From: a virus | Length of the DNA stretch: 64,000 nucleotides | Direction: 5' to 3' (one strand) | Virus record (IMG/VR): IMGVR_UViG_3300012984_000016 | Location: 1-64,000 of that record | In this document: positions 47,511 to 57,770 of the stretch, piece by piece | How the letters are laid out: each line of letters begins with the position of its first letter | Position numbering within the stretch: position 1 is the stretch's first letter | Position numbers and translations under genes: made by a program | The notes under the pieces: model-generated | What the model was told of the DNA's origin: nothing | The model's database searches: none | The model's input: the letters and a program-made list of their open reading frames with translations, nothing else

Positions 47511-48421
47511 TAGTGGATCCAGGCGGCGCGGTGCGTGATGGAGTAGAGAGCAGCCGAGCCGACCGCTCCGGCGTCACGGGTGAACTGCACCGTGTTCGAC
47601 CCAGGGGTCAGCGACCACCACTGGCTGTCAGAGCGGCGGTAGGAGTAGATGGGAGCACCGTTGAGCAGCATGGTGCGCAGGCCGAAGTCGATGACCAGGG
47701 TCTGAGCCGCTGACACGTTGCCGGTCAGACGGATCGCTCGGCCCGCCATGACGGTGTCGTCGAGGTTGGGTGCCGACACCAAGGTGATGATGCCGTTGTT
47801 GAACGGGCCGGTGATGGAGATGAGCGGCTCGGTCAGGAAGTCACCACCGACAGTGAAGGTTGATCCGCCTGTGGTGGCTGAGGTCGCGATGGACCCGTTG
47901 GTGACCGTCGGGGTGAAGGTGTAGTGGCGGGGGTCCGCAGCGACGAACTGGACCGATGCCTGACCCAGACCGTGAGCCAGTTCGTAGTTCGTCGGCAGGA
48001 CCAACTTGCGCGGGCGGCAGTAGATATACTTCTTGATGGAGCCGCCCGTACGCGGGCGCTGCCACACCATCGGCACCTCGGCCTGACGAGGACGGAACAC
48101 CGGGGCGAGGTCGTGGATCGCGGTCTCGGCTGCTGCAAAGCCAGCGGTGTCGATCTTGATGGTGGCGTTCATGACGCGCGGGCCCATCAGGTCGATGCCG
48201 GGGACGACGCCGTGCCGGTCCTGGCGGTCCAGGTCGTTGGCCCGGATGTCAGGGATGCCGTACAGGCCGTCCCACTGCTCGACGATGTACTTCGTGCCCG
48301 AGCCCAGCAGCAGCGCGCTGTACTCGTACATGTAGTCACCAGTGACGAGATCACCAGCAGCCATGTCAACCACCAACCCTGCTGTTGCGTGTGACAGCCA
48401 GCGCCACCCTGTGATCGGCAT
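47510..48421 (-). CDS. distal tail protein (Dit)
   Basis: directly after the TMP; QFVAADPRHY, WWSLTPGSNTV. Confidence 0.8.
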   Translation of the reverse strand: MPITGWRWLSHATAGLVVDMAAGDLVTGDYMYEYSALLLGSGTKYIVEQWDGLYGIPDIRANDLDRQDRHGVVPGIDLMGPRVMNATIKIDTAGFAAAETAIHDLAPVFRPRQAEVPMVWQRPRTGGSIKKYIYCRPRKLVLPTNYELAHGLGQASVQFVAADPRHYTFTPTVTNGSIATSATTGGSTFTVGGDFLTEPLISITGPFNNGIITLVSAPNLDDTVMAGRAIRLTGNVSAAQTLVIDFGLRTMLLNGAPIYSYRRSDSQWWSLTPGSNTVQFTRDAGAVGSAALYSITHRAAWIH

Positions 48422-48424
48422 TCA

Positions 48425-51400
48425 TCAACGCCCCCGTCCGCGCTGGAGGAAGGAGATCTCTGCGATCAACTCGTTCGGATCAGCATCCTGGTGAACGTCG
48501 ATGTCGTAGGTGTCACCTTCGTTGGTGATGTACTGGACGCCACCCACGCCGGAGGACTGCGAGGCCAGCGCCGTGAGTGCCGACTGCTGCGCCTGCAGAG
48601 ACGCAGCGATGGCGTGCATCGGCTCGAACATGGAGTACAGCCGCTCCAGCGGGATGATCGCCTCAGGACCGGCCTCGCCCGCACCGAAGATCGCCTGACG
48701 GGTGATGCCACCCTTGGCGTTCCACACGATGGTCGGGATCTCAGGGATGTCAGGGAACCCGATGCTGCCCGGGAACCAGTCCATCCCCGGCAACTTCTTG
48801 ACCTTGTCAGCCAGCGGGATGTTGAAGGACTTGCCGTCGACCGTGTCGAACACCGCGTTGATGGCACCGATGAGCCCGTTGATGGGAGCCGTCAGTGCCT
48901 TGGCGATCGTGGTGCCGATCGAGCCGAAGTTGATGCCACCGAAGAAGTTCTGGATCTTGGTACGCAGCCCCGGGAACAGTTCGTCGATCTTCTCAGTGAG
49001 TCCGTTCCACAGGTTGCGAGCGAGGTTGCCGCCGAAGGTCTTGATGGACTCCAGCGCGCCGGAGGCAGCGCCGGTCACCATGGAGCGGATCGTGCCGAGG
49101 AGGTTCCAGGCCGCATTGGCAGCAGTGGTGAAGCCGGTCCACATCCGGCCAGGCAGCGAGGTCATGAAGGTGACGACCGTGCCGATGATGCCCGGAGCCC
49201 TGTTGGTGATCCAGCGCGAGAACACTCCACCCAGGTCGAACTTGCTGAAGAGGTTGTCCTTGACACCCTCCCACACAGCATCCCACATGCCGCCGAACCA
49301 GCCCTTGACCCGCTCGATGACGCGGTCCTTCTCGTCCATGAGCCAACCCCAGATGGCCCCGGCGATGTCCCAGTCAGGTCCGAACGCCTGGTTCGAACCC
49401 GACACCCAGGCCCACGCCTGGTCCCACATGTCACCGAACCAAGTGGAGATGCCGTCGATGACGCCCTGCGCCTCGTCGCTCAGCCACTTGCCCATCGGGT
49501 CAGCGATGTTCCAACCCTCGCCGAAGTGGTCACTGGTGAACCAGTCCCACGCGCCGTTCCACGTGTCTACGAACCAACCACCGATGGAGTCGATGACCTC
49601 TCGAGTCTTCTCACCCAACTTCGCCGCGATGTCACCGCCAGTCAAGGTGCCGAACATGGCCCAGAAGGACGGGACGATGTTGAGGAGATTGCCGAGGGAG
49701 TCCAGCCACCGACCGTCGTTGATGGCGTCCAGCATGCCAGTGACACTGCCGCTGATGCTTCCCCAGGCAGTCTTGATGTGATCGATCCAGGTGTCGATGT
49801 GACCGGGCTTGTCCTCCTTGAGGGAGGCGTTGATCTCACCGGCACCAGCCAGAGCGCCGCGCACGTCCTTGCCCAACTTCTGAGCATCGGCGACAGTCTT
49901 CTTCGTACCAGTCATCCCGGTCTTGGTCTTCGCCTCGGGAGGAATCTCCTCCTTCAACTTGCGACCGTACTCCTTGATCTGGTCCCCGACGGGACCACCC
50001 ATCTTGTCGCCCATCTTGATGAGTTCGTCGGCGAGGTGGATCGCCTCATCGCGGGCGGTGACGGTGTGACCGTTGGCCTCCTCCTGCGCCTTCCAGGCGG
50101 CGGTGTTCGCCTTGGCCTGGTCGTAGTAGGCCGACTCCAGATCCAGGGCCGCGTTCCGCAGGTCCTCGGACGCCGTCTTGCCTGACTTGACATCGTTCAG
50201 GTTCTTGCGGGACTCGAGAACGGCATCCTGGGCCTCCACCAGCGCGAGTTGCGCGGCGGTGAGTTCCATCTGCGCTTCCTTGTACGCAGTGTCGTTCTTC
50301 AGATCCGCACGGGCCTGCTTCAGCGCCTCGGTCTTGTCGATGACAGCCTGGGCCGCGTCCACCACGGCCTGCTGGGCGTCAGCGAGTTCGCGCTCTGCAG
50401 CGGCAAGTTCCTCGGCGGTCGGGCCCGCCTTCAACTTGTCGAGTTCCTTCTGAGCATCGCTCTGGTCGGCGGTGGCCTCGGCCACGTCCAACTTCGCATC
50501 AGCCAGGATCGCGTTGGCATCCTGGATGTCGCGGTCGCTGGCACCCTCTTGCATGAGGTAGTTCAGGTACCACTGAGCATCCGAGGCCTTGACGTTGGCC
50601 TTGTTGAGGTTCAGGATCGAGCGAGCCAACTTGTTGGTCGCGTCGCGGAGTTCGTCGGCCGAGGGACCTGCCTGGAGGTCCGACAGTTCCTTCTGCTTGT
50701 CCTTCGCGTTCTGGACCGCGTCCGCGTAGTCCCGCTGCGACGAAGCCAGGTCGGCCTCAGCGTCCTTGACATCCTGCTGGGCCTTCGCGCGGGCGTGCGC
50801 GAGGTTGTACTCAGCCTTGGCCACGTCCAGAGTGGCACGCTTGACATCGTTTCGGGCCTGAGCCAACTCCAACTCGGCCTTGCGGATGGCCTTGGTCCGG
50901 TTCTTGGTGGCCTCCAGAGCCTCTGCGTAGGCCTTCTCGGCCGCTTCGACGCTCTGGTTAGCCCTCTTGACCCCCAGCATGGTGTCGATCAGCGAGAGAG
51001 CCGCCTGCGCCCTCTTCTCCAGGGCGTCAGCGGCCTTGTTCTCGGCGTCAGCCAGGGCGTTGGCCTTGTCGGTGGCTGCCTGGTCGACTCCACCGAGCGC
51101 CTTGTTGGCCGCAGCGGCGTTCCGGGCCTGTGCGACGGAGGCGACGAACCCACCGTTGAGCATGAGCAACTTGTCGAGCAGATCACCAGCAGCAGTGTCA
51201 CCGGCTTCCATGCGAGCCTGCAGATCGGCGACCGCCTGCTGGGCTCCTTCGGTGTTCGCGCCGGTCATCAGGTCGAACAGGGTCTGGATGGAGATGCCGT
51301 AGTTGCGAGCGGTGTCGATCGCACCAGACTGTACCAGTTGGTTGATGACGACAGCCCGGGTGTTCTCGCCGAGTGCGTAGTTGTCCTTGCGCAGGGCGTC

Positions 51401-53785
51401 GACGATCTCCTGCTGAGCCTTGGCGTACTCCTTGGACTTGTCCGCCGCGTCCTTGGCCTGCGTGCCGTAGTGGTGGAACAGGTACGTGAGCACTCCAGCA
51501 GCGGCGATGAGCCAGCCGACCGGGCCCAGCGCTGTCTTGACAGCGAAGCCGAGACCGGTGACCGCACCAGACATGACACCGATGCCACGAGCGGACATGA
51601 CAGCCTGAGCCTCGGCTGCCTTGGCACCGACGACGACCTGCTCCTGAGCGATCGCCTGCTGCACCATGGCGGCGATCTCGAGTTCGCGCGCCTGGATCGC
51701 TGCTGCCTCGGACGAGATGATGCCCGCCGCTGCTTCTTGGGCGGCAGCGATGCGCGCCGTCTCCATGACGATCTGCTGCTGGATGACCCGGACTTCGAGT
51801 TCACGAGCAGCGATCTCTTCAGCGGTGGCCCCAGCGATGCCAGCAGCAGCAGCCTCGGCCTCGACCACCCGTGCGGCTTCGAGTTGCATCTGGGCGAGCA
51901 GTTGACGGATCTGCAGGTCGCGAGCAGCGATCTCAGAGGCCGACGAGCGAGCACCGACCCCGGCTGCCTCCTGTCGAGCAGCAGCCTGCAGAGCCTCCAA
52001 CTTGATAGCGGTCTGCTGGACCTGCAGAGCCGCCAGTCGGGCCTGGGCGTTGGCTGCGATCTGACGACGCTCTTCGGAAGCAGCAGCCGCAGCGATCAGA
52101 GCGTTCTGCTGAGCGATCTTGCCTTCGAGTTCCATGATGCGCAGCGAGCCGGTACGCTGAGCATCCATGGCCGCGCGAGCGGCGTTGATCTTGGCGAGGT
52201 TGGCCTGCTGCAGAGCGGCGTTCGCCTGGTCGATCTGACCGTAGATCTGCTCCAGCCGGATGGTCTGAGTCAGGACCGCGTTGTGGGCTTCCTCGATCAG
52301 GACCAACTTGGCACGCTCGGCAGCGGCCTGCGCGTTGGCCTTGGCATTGAACCCGGCAGCGAAGGCTCCACGCAGGGTGACCTTCTCACCGACGGTCAGC
52401 GAGCCGTTGAGAGCCTGCTGCATGGCGATGGTCGAACCGATGACCTCGCGCAACTTGCGGAAGGCGTCGGCGGCGAGGACGATGCGCGGGCCGATGAGCA
52501 GAGCCCCGGCTGCCAGGAAGGCGATCGAGGCGGCAGCAGCCGTGCCGTAGGCGATGACCTGCTTCATCGGCTCCGGGAGAGCCTGGAACGCCGCCACGAA
52601 CTCCTCGGTGAGGTCGATCGCCTGCTTCGCGACCGGCAGGTAGATCTCACCGAACGAGATTGCCACATCGTTGATGTTGTTCTTGAGGATGGCCAACTGG
52701 TTGGTGAACGTGGCGTACTGCGCTTCGGCTGCGCGGGCCAGAGCCGTACCGTCGTTGTACGCCTTGTTCGACACACCCAGGATCGCGTTGAGGTCGGTCT
52801 GCTCGTTGCCGACCTGCTGCGTGCCCTTGGCCAGCGCCTCCAGGGCCTGCACCTGGCGGACCTCGGTGATGCCGAGGGAGTCCAGGATCTTGGTGGCAGT
52901 GAGCGAGCCGCCGCCCAACTTGCCGAGCCCGGTGACGAAGGCAGCCAGGGCCTGCGCCGGGTCCTCCTTGGCCAGCGCCTGGAACTTCTCTTGCGTGGTG
53001 CCCGCCACCGTGGCAAACAGTTCCAACTTCTGCGGGTCCAGACCAGCAGCGGCACGAGAGATGTCACCGATGGTCTTCTGGACCGAGGACGCTCCTGCCT
53101 CAGCACGGGAGCCGAGAGACAGGACCGCAGCAGACACACCGAGGACTTGGTCGGCGGTGTAGCCCGCGACCGCCGCAGCACCCGACAGGCGCTTCGACAT
53201 GTTCAGGATGTCGGTCTCGGTGGCAGCCGTCGAGCGACCGGTCTCGAGCAGGGCCGAGCCGAGTTGACGGTACTGGTCCGCAGACAGCCCGAACACGTTC
53301 GCAATGTTGGCGAGTTGCGGAACGCTGGCAGCCGTGAGGTTGGTAGTGGCGATCAGGTCGACCAGGGTGGTGGTGAACGTTGCCACGTCCTCCGAGGCAA
53401 CACCCAGAGCACCGGCCTGCTCAGCCAGGTCGGTGATGGTCTTCAGATCCACCGGGCGGGTCTTGGCCACCTCGCGGAGCGCCTTGCCGAGGGTCTCGGC
53501 GGCTGCCGTGTTCTCCTCGATCGACTTGGCATTGTCGTAGGTGGTGCGAGCCACACCAGCCATGCCCTGCTCGAACGAGGCGGCTGCGTTGAGAGCCACC
53601 GCCATGCCCGCCGCCATGGCAGTACCAGCAGCACCGAAGGCGAGGCCGACGTTCCGGATGCCCCACCAGTTGTCACGGACGACAGAGTAGAGCGAGCCGA
53701 GGGACTGCTCAGCGTTCCGGACGCCTTGCCGCAGAGCGGAGGCGTCGAGGATTAGCCTAGCAGTAGCAACGGCATCGTCTGCCAC
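48425..53785 (-). CDS. tape measure protein
   Basis: 1786 aa Ala-rich helical; FEQGMAGVART, Trp-periodic C-terminal region, GEAGPEAIIPL. Confidence 0.95.
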   Translation of the reverse strand: MADDAVATARLILDASALRQGVRNAEQSLGSLYSVVRDNWWGIRNVGLAFGAAGTAMAAGMAVALNAAASFEQGMAGVARTTYDNAKSIEENTAAAETLGKALREVAKTRPVDLKTITDLAEQAGALGVASEDVATFTTTLVDLIATTNLTAASVPQLANIANVFGLSADQYRQLGSALLETGRSTAATETDILNMSKRLSGAAAVAGYTADQVLGVSAAVLSLGSRAEAGASSVQKTIGDISRAAAGLDPQKLELFATVAGTTQEKFQALAKEDPAQALAAFVTGLGKLGGGSLTATKILDSLGITEVRQVQALEALAKGTQQVGNEQTDLNAILGVSNKAYNDGTALARAAEAQYATFTNQLAILKNNINDVAISFGEIYLPVAKQAIDLTEEFVAAFQALPEPMKQVIAYGTAAAASIAFLAAGALLIGPRIVLAADAFRKLREVIGSTIAMQQALNGSLTVGEKVTLRGAFAAGFNAKANAQAAAERAKLVLIEEAHNAVLTQTIRLEQIYGQIDQANAALQQANLAKINAARAAMDAQRTGSLRIMELEGKIAQQNALIAAAAASEERRQIAANAQARLAALQVQQTAIKLEALQAAARQEAAGVGARSSASEIAARDLQIRQLLAQMQLEAARVVEAEAAAAGIAGATAEEIAARELEVRVIQQQIVMETARIAAAQEAAAGIISSEAAAIQARELEIAAMVQQAIAQEQVVVGAKAAEAQAVMSARGIGVMSGAVTGLGFAVKTALGPVGWLIAAAGVLTYLFHHYGTQAKDAADKSKEYAKAQQEIVDALRKDNYALGENTRAVVINQLVQSGAIDTARNYGISIQTLFDLMTGANTEGAQQAVADLQARMEAGDTAAGDLLDKLLMLNGGFVASVAQARNAAAANKALGGVDQAATDKANALADAENKAADALEKRAQAALSLIDTMLGVKRANQSVEAAEKAYAEALEATKNRTKAIRKAELELAQARNDVKRATLDVAKAEYNLAHARAKAQQDVKDAEADLASSQRDYADAVQNAKDKQKELSDLQAGPSADELRDATNKLARSILNLNKANVKASDAQWYLNYLMQEGASDRDIQDANAILADAKLDVAEATADQSDAQKELDKLKAGPTAEELAAAERELADAQQAVVDAAQAVIDKTEALKQARADLKNDTAYKEAQMELTAAQLALVEAQDAVLESRKNLNDVKSGKTASEDLRNAALDLESAYYDQAKANTAAWKAQEEANGHTVTARDEAIHLADELIKMGDKMGGPVGDQIKEYGRKLKEEIPPEAKTKTGMTGTKKTVADAQKLGKDVRGALAGAGEINASLKEDKPGHIDTWIDHIKTAWGSISGSVTGMLDAINDGRWLDSLGNLLNIVPSFWAMFGTLTGGDIAAKLGEKTREVIDSIGGWFVDTWNGAWDWFTSDHFGEGWNIADPMGKWLSDEAQGVIDGISTWFGDMWDQAWAWVSGSNQAFGPDWDIAGAIWGWLMDEKDRVIERVKGWFGGMWDAVWEGVKDNLFSKFDLGGVFSRWITNRAPGIIGTVVTFMTSLPGRMWTGFTTAANAAWNLLGTIRSMVTGAASGALESIKTFGGNLARNLWNGLTEKIDELFPGLRTKIQNFFGGINFGSIGTTIAKALTAPINGLIGAINAVFDTVDGKSFNIPLADKVKKLPGMDWFPGSIGFPDIPEIPTIVWNAKGGITRQAIFGAGEAGPEAIIPLERLYSMFEPMHAIAASLQAQQSALTALASQSSGVGGVQYITNEGDTYDIDVHQDADPNELIAEISFLQRGRGR

Positions 53786-53787
53786 TG

Positions 53788-54147
53788 TCAGCCACCTCCT
53801 CCTGCCGCGACCCTGGAAGCCGGGTCCATGAACTTGCCGGGTGCACTCGTCTTCTTCGTGTCGAACGAGCCGTCAGGCTTCAGTGCCATCATCTGCTCGA
53901 AGGCTCCCTGGCGTGCCCGGTTGATCTGGTCACTGGAAGCCTCCTTCTTCGTCCGCGATGCGCTGGCTCGCACTGCCTGCTCTGCCTGATCCATCTCGTT
54001 GTTGACTTTCATCTGCCACAGGTACACGGCCTCGTCGAAGCACCACGCGGCGTAGGGGTCATCCACCCCCACCAGGAGTGACGGGCGCGTCTTGTACTGC
54101 TGCGCCATCTGCCCCACCTGCCATGTACGCGGCCCGTTGGTCGCGAA
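53788..54147 (-). CDS. tail assembly chaperone C-terminal (GT) extension, probably reached by frameshift
   Basis: overlaps the TAC; RPSLLVG.DDPYAAWCFDEAV; start placed at the proposed slip site. Confidence 0.65.
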   Translation of the reverse strand, partial: FATNGPRTWQVGQMAQQYKTRPSLLVGVDDPYAAWCFDEAVYLWQMKVNNEMDQAEQAVRASASRTKKEASSDQINRARQGAFEQMMALKPDGSFDTKKTSAPGKFMDPASRVAAGGGG

Positions 54148-54646
54148 ACGTGGCGAGGTCAGCACTGGCCCCCTGCGCGAATGCGAAGGCGAACATCTGG
54201 TCATCGAAGTCGATGTCGAGGACGGACAGCGTGGCCTCGTCCTCGGGCTCCCAGGCGTTGGGGTCGTAGTTGGCCTTGTGCTCGTCGGTCCAGTCCGCGC
54301 ACCGGGGGTCTTCGTCCAGGTGGTCGATGTCCGGCGGGACCTCCACGGCGGGCTCGACGAAGATCCGAGCGCACTGGGCGTTGATGAACTGGATCATCGA
54401 GATGAGCAGTTCGGGGTCGGAGGTGTCGATCTTGGTGGGCTTGCCACCGGCCTCCAGCATCTTGTTCATGGTCTCGGTGAGGGGGTTGGGGATCTTCCCC
54501 TCCTTGATCATCTCGGCGAGGTCCAGCGTCCGCTTGAGGGACGCCGTGTTACCACTCGGCAAGGTGACGAGGATGCCCTGCTTACGGGCTGATCGCCATT
54601 CGGTCTTCTCGGTCGCTGCACGCACTGCAGGGTTTCCGCTCGGCAT
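54059..54646 (-). CDS. tail assembly chaperone
   Basis: between major tail and TMP; AAGGAG RBS; VTLPSG motif. Confidence 0.75.
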   Translation of the reverse strand: MPSGNPAVRAATEKTEWRSARKQGILVTLPSGNTASLKRTLDLAEMIKEGKIPNPLTETMNKMLEAGGKPTKIDTSDPELLISMIQFINAQCARIFVEPAVEVPPDIDHLDEDPRCADWTDEHKANYDPNAWEPEDEATLSVLDIDFDDQMFAFAFAQGASADLATFRDQRAAYMAGGADGAAVQDAPVTPGGGG

Positions 54647-54764
54647 CGAGTGCTCCTTAAACGGTATGTCCGGACAACCACAAGTTTGGGGCTTGGATGA
54701 GCCCGGACATGGAACTGGCCCCCACCCCGAAGGATGAGGACCAGCCCATGTCAGGGACTTGCGA

Positions 54765-55307
54765 TCACGGGATCGCGGTCGCCGTCTCGTTCTGGACGAA
54801 CTTGTACAGGAGACCCTGCGAGTTCGTCTTGGGGAGTGCGCGACCGCTGGCACCCGTGAGCCAGAAGTTGCCGTCGCTCATCTCGCCAGCGAGTTCTCCC
54901 GTGCAGCGCGCCTTGAAGAGCACGCAGTGGAAGTCACCGCCGGAGTCGGAGATGGACTGACCCTCGACCTGGAAGTACGGACGGATGTCCGCACCGGTCT
55001 TCTGGAAGGTCTTGATCTGGTTCGGCGTGGTGCCGGTCTCGGTGATGGTGCCACCGAACATGGCGCGCACCGCCTCGTAGGAGATGCCACCACCTTCGAG
55101 GGACCAGTCGACAGCCGGACCCTGGCCGTGGATGGCGACGAGACCGTCGTCACCACGGAGTTCGGCGAAGTCCTCGGCCTCCGAGAACGAGAACGTCCGG
55201 GCGTTGGGCAGGTCCACTGCCGTCCCGAGCGTCTCGCTTCCCGGAATCATCGGGGTGATCCGCACGTCGCGGAGCCCGTAGGGGAGCGGGATGAATGCGA
55301 TGGGCAT
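54765..55307 (-). CDS. major tail protein
   Basis: LPYGLRDVRI..., ELRGDD, PYFQVEG; position in module. Confidence 0.8.
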   Translation of the reverse strand: MPIAFIPLPYGLRDVRITPMIPGSETLGTAVDLPNARTFSFSEAEDFAELRGDDGLVAIHGQGPAVDWSLEGGGISYEAVRAMFGGTITETGTTPNQIKTFQKTGADIRPYFQVEGQSISDSGGDFHCVLFKARCTGELAGEMSDGNFWLTGASGRALPKTNSQGLLYKFVQNETATAIP

Positions 55308-55309
55308 GT

Positions 55310-55513
55310 CTACGTGTCCTTCCTCATGAGTCGCTCGGGATCCTGGTACCTCTTAGTATCGACCATCTCACCTGACTGTAGGTCGAAGTAATGCAGTACC
55401 ACGATCCCTTTGGCAGCCCCACAGCGTGGAGACTTGCATTTGATCTCCAACCGCCCGCTCTCTACGACAACGCCGTGGAGTCTGGAACTGCAGCGGAGGA
55501 ACTTTGTGGCCAT
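55310..55513 (-). CDS. Com-like Zn-ribbon protein
   Basis: LRCSSRLHG...LEIKCKSPRCG. Confidence 0.6.
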   Translation of the reverse strand: MATKFLRCSSRLHGVVVESGRLEIKCKSPRCGAAKGIVVLHYFDLQSGEMVDTKRYQDPERLMRKDT

Positions 55514-55523
55514 GGTGTAGTTG

Positions 55524-56036
55524 TCAGGACTTGGAGCCGCGACGACCGCCGCCAGCGTCGTTGCCGGAGCCGCCCGTCGAACCCGACTCGCTGACGGACG
55601 AGCCCGGAGGCGTGGTGGCCGAAGCAGCCGACGAGGTCTCGCCGACAGCAGGGACAGCGCCTTCGGTGGCCGGGGCGTCACCCTCGGGGGCCGGGGCGTT
55701 GCGAGCGATCTGCGCGTTGAGACGCTCCTGCTCGGCTGCCTCGGTGTCGACGGTGCCCGCACGGGACTCGACGCCCTCGGGGTCCGACATGCCGATGAAG
55801 TGCTGGGCCTCGTTGACCGGCACGATGGCCTCCTCCGTCACGTCGACGAAGGACTCGTCGGCGAGCAGAAGAGTGATGACTGCCTCGGGCACCTCGGTGA
55901 CCTCGGTGTCCAGGATCCAGTTGGTGGAGCGGTCCCACCGGAGTTCGTTCTCCAGCGGCTCGGCGAGGAGGCCGTTCCAGTTCTCGCCCGCCGAGATGAC
56001 ACGCACGTCGGCGCGTCCGTAGTACTTGATCTTCAT
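55524..56036 (-). CDS. hypothetical protein
   Basis: GAGGAGG RBS; neck/tail operon. Confidence 0.7.
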   Translation of the reverse strand: MKIKYYGRADVRVISAGENWNGLLAEPLENELRWDRSTNWILDTEVTEVPEAVITLLLADESFVDVTEEAIVPVNEAQHFIGMSDPEGVESRAGTVDTEAAEQERLNAQIARNAPAPEGDAPATEGAVPAVGETSSAASATTPPGSSVSESGSTGGSGNDAGGGRRGSKS

Positions 56037-56045
56037 CTTCCCTCC

Positions 56046-56483
56046 TCAGGGAATGGCCCGAGTGAAGTTCACCCGGTAGGTAGCGGTCTTGACACCTTCT
56101 TTGCGGACGGTGTCAACACCGTCTCGGCTTGAGCGATCGAACAGGACTTCGAGCACTCGGACTCCATCCAAGGTGACTTGCTGGATCGACTCCAGTGCCT
56201 CTTGAATGATGTCGTGGATCTCCTTGATCCGCACAACACTGCCCGGCTCATCGTAGACGTACACCGTCCACCATGTGCGCTTGGATCCCGGCGAGGTCTC
56301 GCGGACATCCCGGTTGGGGTAGGCCTCGTCCTCGCCGATCATCACGTAGGGCAGTTCAGGTTGAGCAGGCACGCCGTTGACACCGAGCGTACCTCGCTGG
56401 TAGATCCGGTCCCCGACGATGTCCGTCAAGGCTGAGGTCTCCACCAGAGTCTTGTTAAGCACCTTACCCGACAGCGAACTCAC
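56046..56483 (-). CDS. tail terminator
   Basis: LTDIVGDRIY...PYVMI...VYVYD..I..I...L; start approximate. Confidence 0.65.
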   Translation of the reverse strand: MSSLSGKVLNKTLVETSALTDIVGDRIYQRGTLGVNGVPAQPELPYVMIGEDEAYPNRDVRETSPGSKRTWWTVYVYDEPGSVVRIKEIHDIIQEALESIQQVTLDGVRVLEVLFDRSSRDGVDTVRKEGVKTATYRVNFTRAIP

Positions 56484-56973
56484 CTCCCGAGATGGGAGCG
56501 AGCAGCGCAGATGAGTACTTGCGCAGGGTCGGCTCGATGATGGCGAAGTTACCGCCGTTGGCATATTCCAGGAACACGCCGTACGCGACGGAGTGTCCCA
56601 GGAAGATCGTGTAGGTGCCCTCGCGGTCGTTGATGACCAGCGCGGCCTTGAGACCGTTGCGCGCGTCGTGAGAGCGGTCCTCCCACGGGGCGTTGGCCTT
56701 CGCATCCTCCTCGACCATCTCACGGATGCGTTCCATGTTGGCCTTGAGTTCCTCAGTGAGGTTGTCAGCCAACTTGGAAGGCATGCCGAACACGCCGTCC
56801 AGTCCTGTCCACACGAAGCCGAAGCCGCCCTTGAGGAACTTGCCCTGGGCGTCACGGAGTTGGAACGAGGACGGCGAGCCGAAGTCGCCGAAGGTAGGCA
56901 TGCGCCCCGGCGACGGGAGACGACCGCTACCGGGGATCTTGGCACTGACGTGGGGGAAGCCGCCGCTGGCCAT
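56464..56973 (-). CDS. HK97 gp10-like neck protein
   Basis: AKANAPWEDR...ARNGL, HSVAYGVFLE, FAIIEPT. Confidence 0.75.
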   Translation of the reverse strand: MASGGFPHVSAKIPGSGRLPSPGRMPTFGDFGSPSSFQLRDAQGKFLKGGFGFVWTGLDGVFGMPSKLADNLTEELKANMERIREMVEEDAKANAPWEDRSHDARNGLKAALVINDREGTYTIFLGHSVAYGVFLEYANGGNFAIIEPTLRKYSSALLAPISGGEFAVG

Positions 56974-57347
56974 CAGATCAGCACCGTCCCCTCACCCTTG
57001 ACTTGGTAGGACTTGTCCGGGTGGATGAGTTCGACCTTGAACGTTCGCCCCTGGTGCTCGAACGTGTCGCCCTCGGACATGTCGTCCCCCGGCATCCCCA
57101 CCAGCACGAACCGGAGCGGCATGTACTCGCCCTGCTCGATCAGGGACTCGTTCAGGTCGGGCGTCGGGTAGCCCAGGAAGCGCTGAACGGCGTTTTGCGG
57201 CGTTGGGGTGTCGTTCCGGGTGAATCCGCCCGCCCCGTCCGGTTCTGGGGCGCTGGGGCGGCTCAGGGCGACGGGGATGCCCTCTTCCGCGATCATCGAC
57301 CGCGTGACGGCGATCCGCTCCCTCAGGGTGACGTGGTCGACGGTCAT
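56973..57347 (-). CDS. head-to-tail stopper
   Basis: PDGAGG, LVG..D.M.EGD.F; position. Confidence 0.65.
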   Translation of the reverse strand: MTVDHVTLRERIAVTRSMIAEEGIPVALSRPSAPEPDGAGGFTRNDTPTPQNAVQRFLGYPTPDLNESLIEQGEYMPLRFVLVGMPGDDMSEGDTFEHQGRTFKVELIHPDKSYQVKGEGTVLI

Positions 57348-57751
57348 CCGGTGCTCGCATCAGACGGCGGCGTGAACAGCACCCTCGGGAACTCGTCGGT
57401 CCACGGGCGGGCCCACGGCACGGACTTGCCCACCACGCGCGCCGAGGTCATGATCTGAGCGGCGGTGGCGTCGGCCTGCGCCTGGAAGTACTCAGCCTGC
57501 TGCTTCGCGTTGATGTACTTCTGGCGGTACTTGCGGTCGGAGCCGGACTCGTTGACATCGATGAGCCGAGCGAACTCAGCCATCTTCCAAGTCCAGCCCA
57601 CAGCCGCTGCGAAGGTCAACCCTCGGCTACCGGCCTCGTCGATCAGGTCGTTGATCTCGGTGTCACTGAAGAACGTGTCCGAGGCGTCGAGCCCGTTGGG
57701 GATGCGCTCGCCGAGGAGAGCACGCAGACGTGTTGCGGCTGTCAGAGCCAT
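57344..57751 (-). CDS. head-to-tail adaptor
   Basis: RLRALLG...FSDTEI..L...AA..W..K...VNESGS.R. Confidence 0.7.
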   Translation of the reverse strand: MALTAATRLRALLGERIPNGLDASDTFFSDTEINDLIDEAGSRGLTFAAAVGWTWKMAEFARLIDVNESGSDRKYRQKYINAKQQAEYFQAQADATAAQIMTSARVVGKSVPWARPWTDEFPRVLFTPPSDASTG

Positions 57752-57770
57752 GACGTGCCCTCCTCAACGA

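Noticed and set aside
50249-53755. 1168-aa + strand ORF antisense to the tape measure gene (also 30835-32331, 40201-41700, 23786-25072 and similar)
   Set aside because: Shadow ORFs caused by high-GC codon bias; no RBS or motifs, and each fully overlaps a well-supported gene on the other strand
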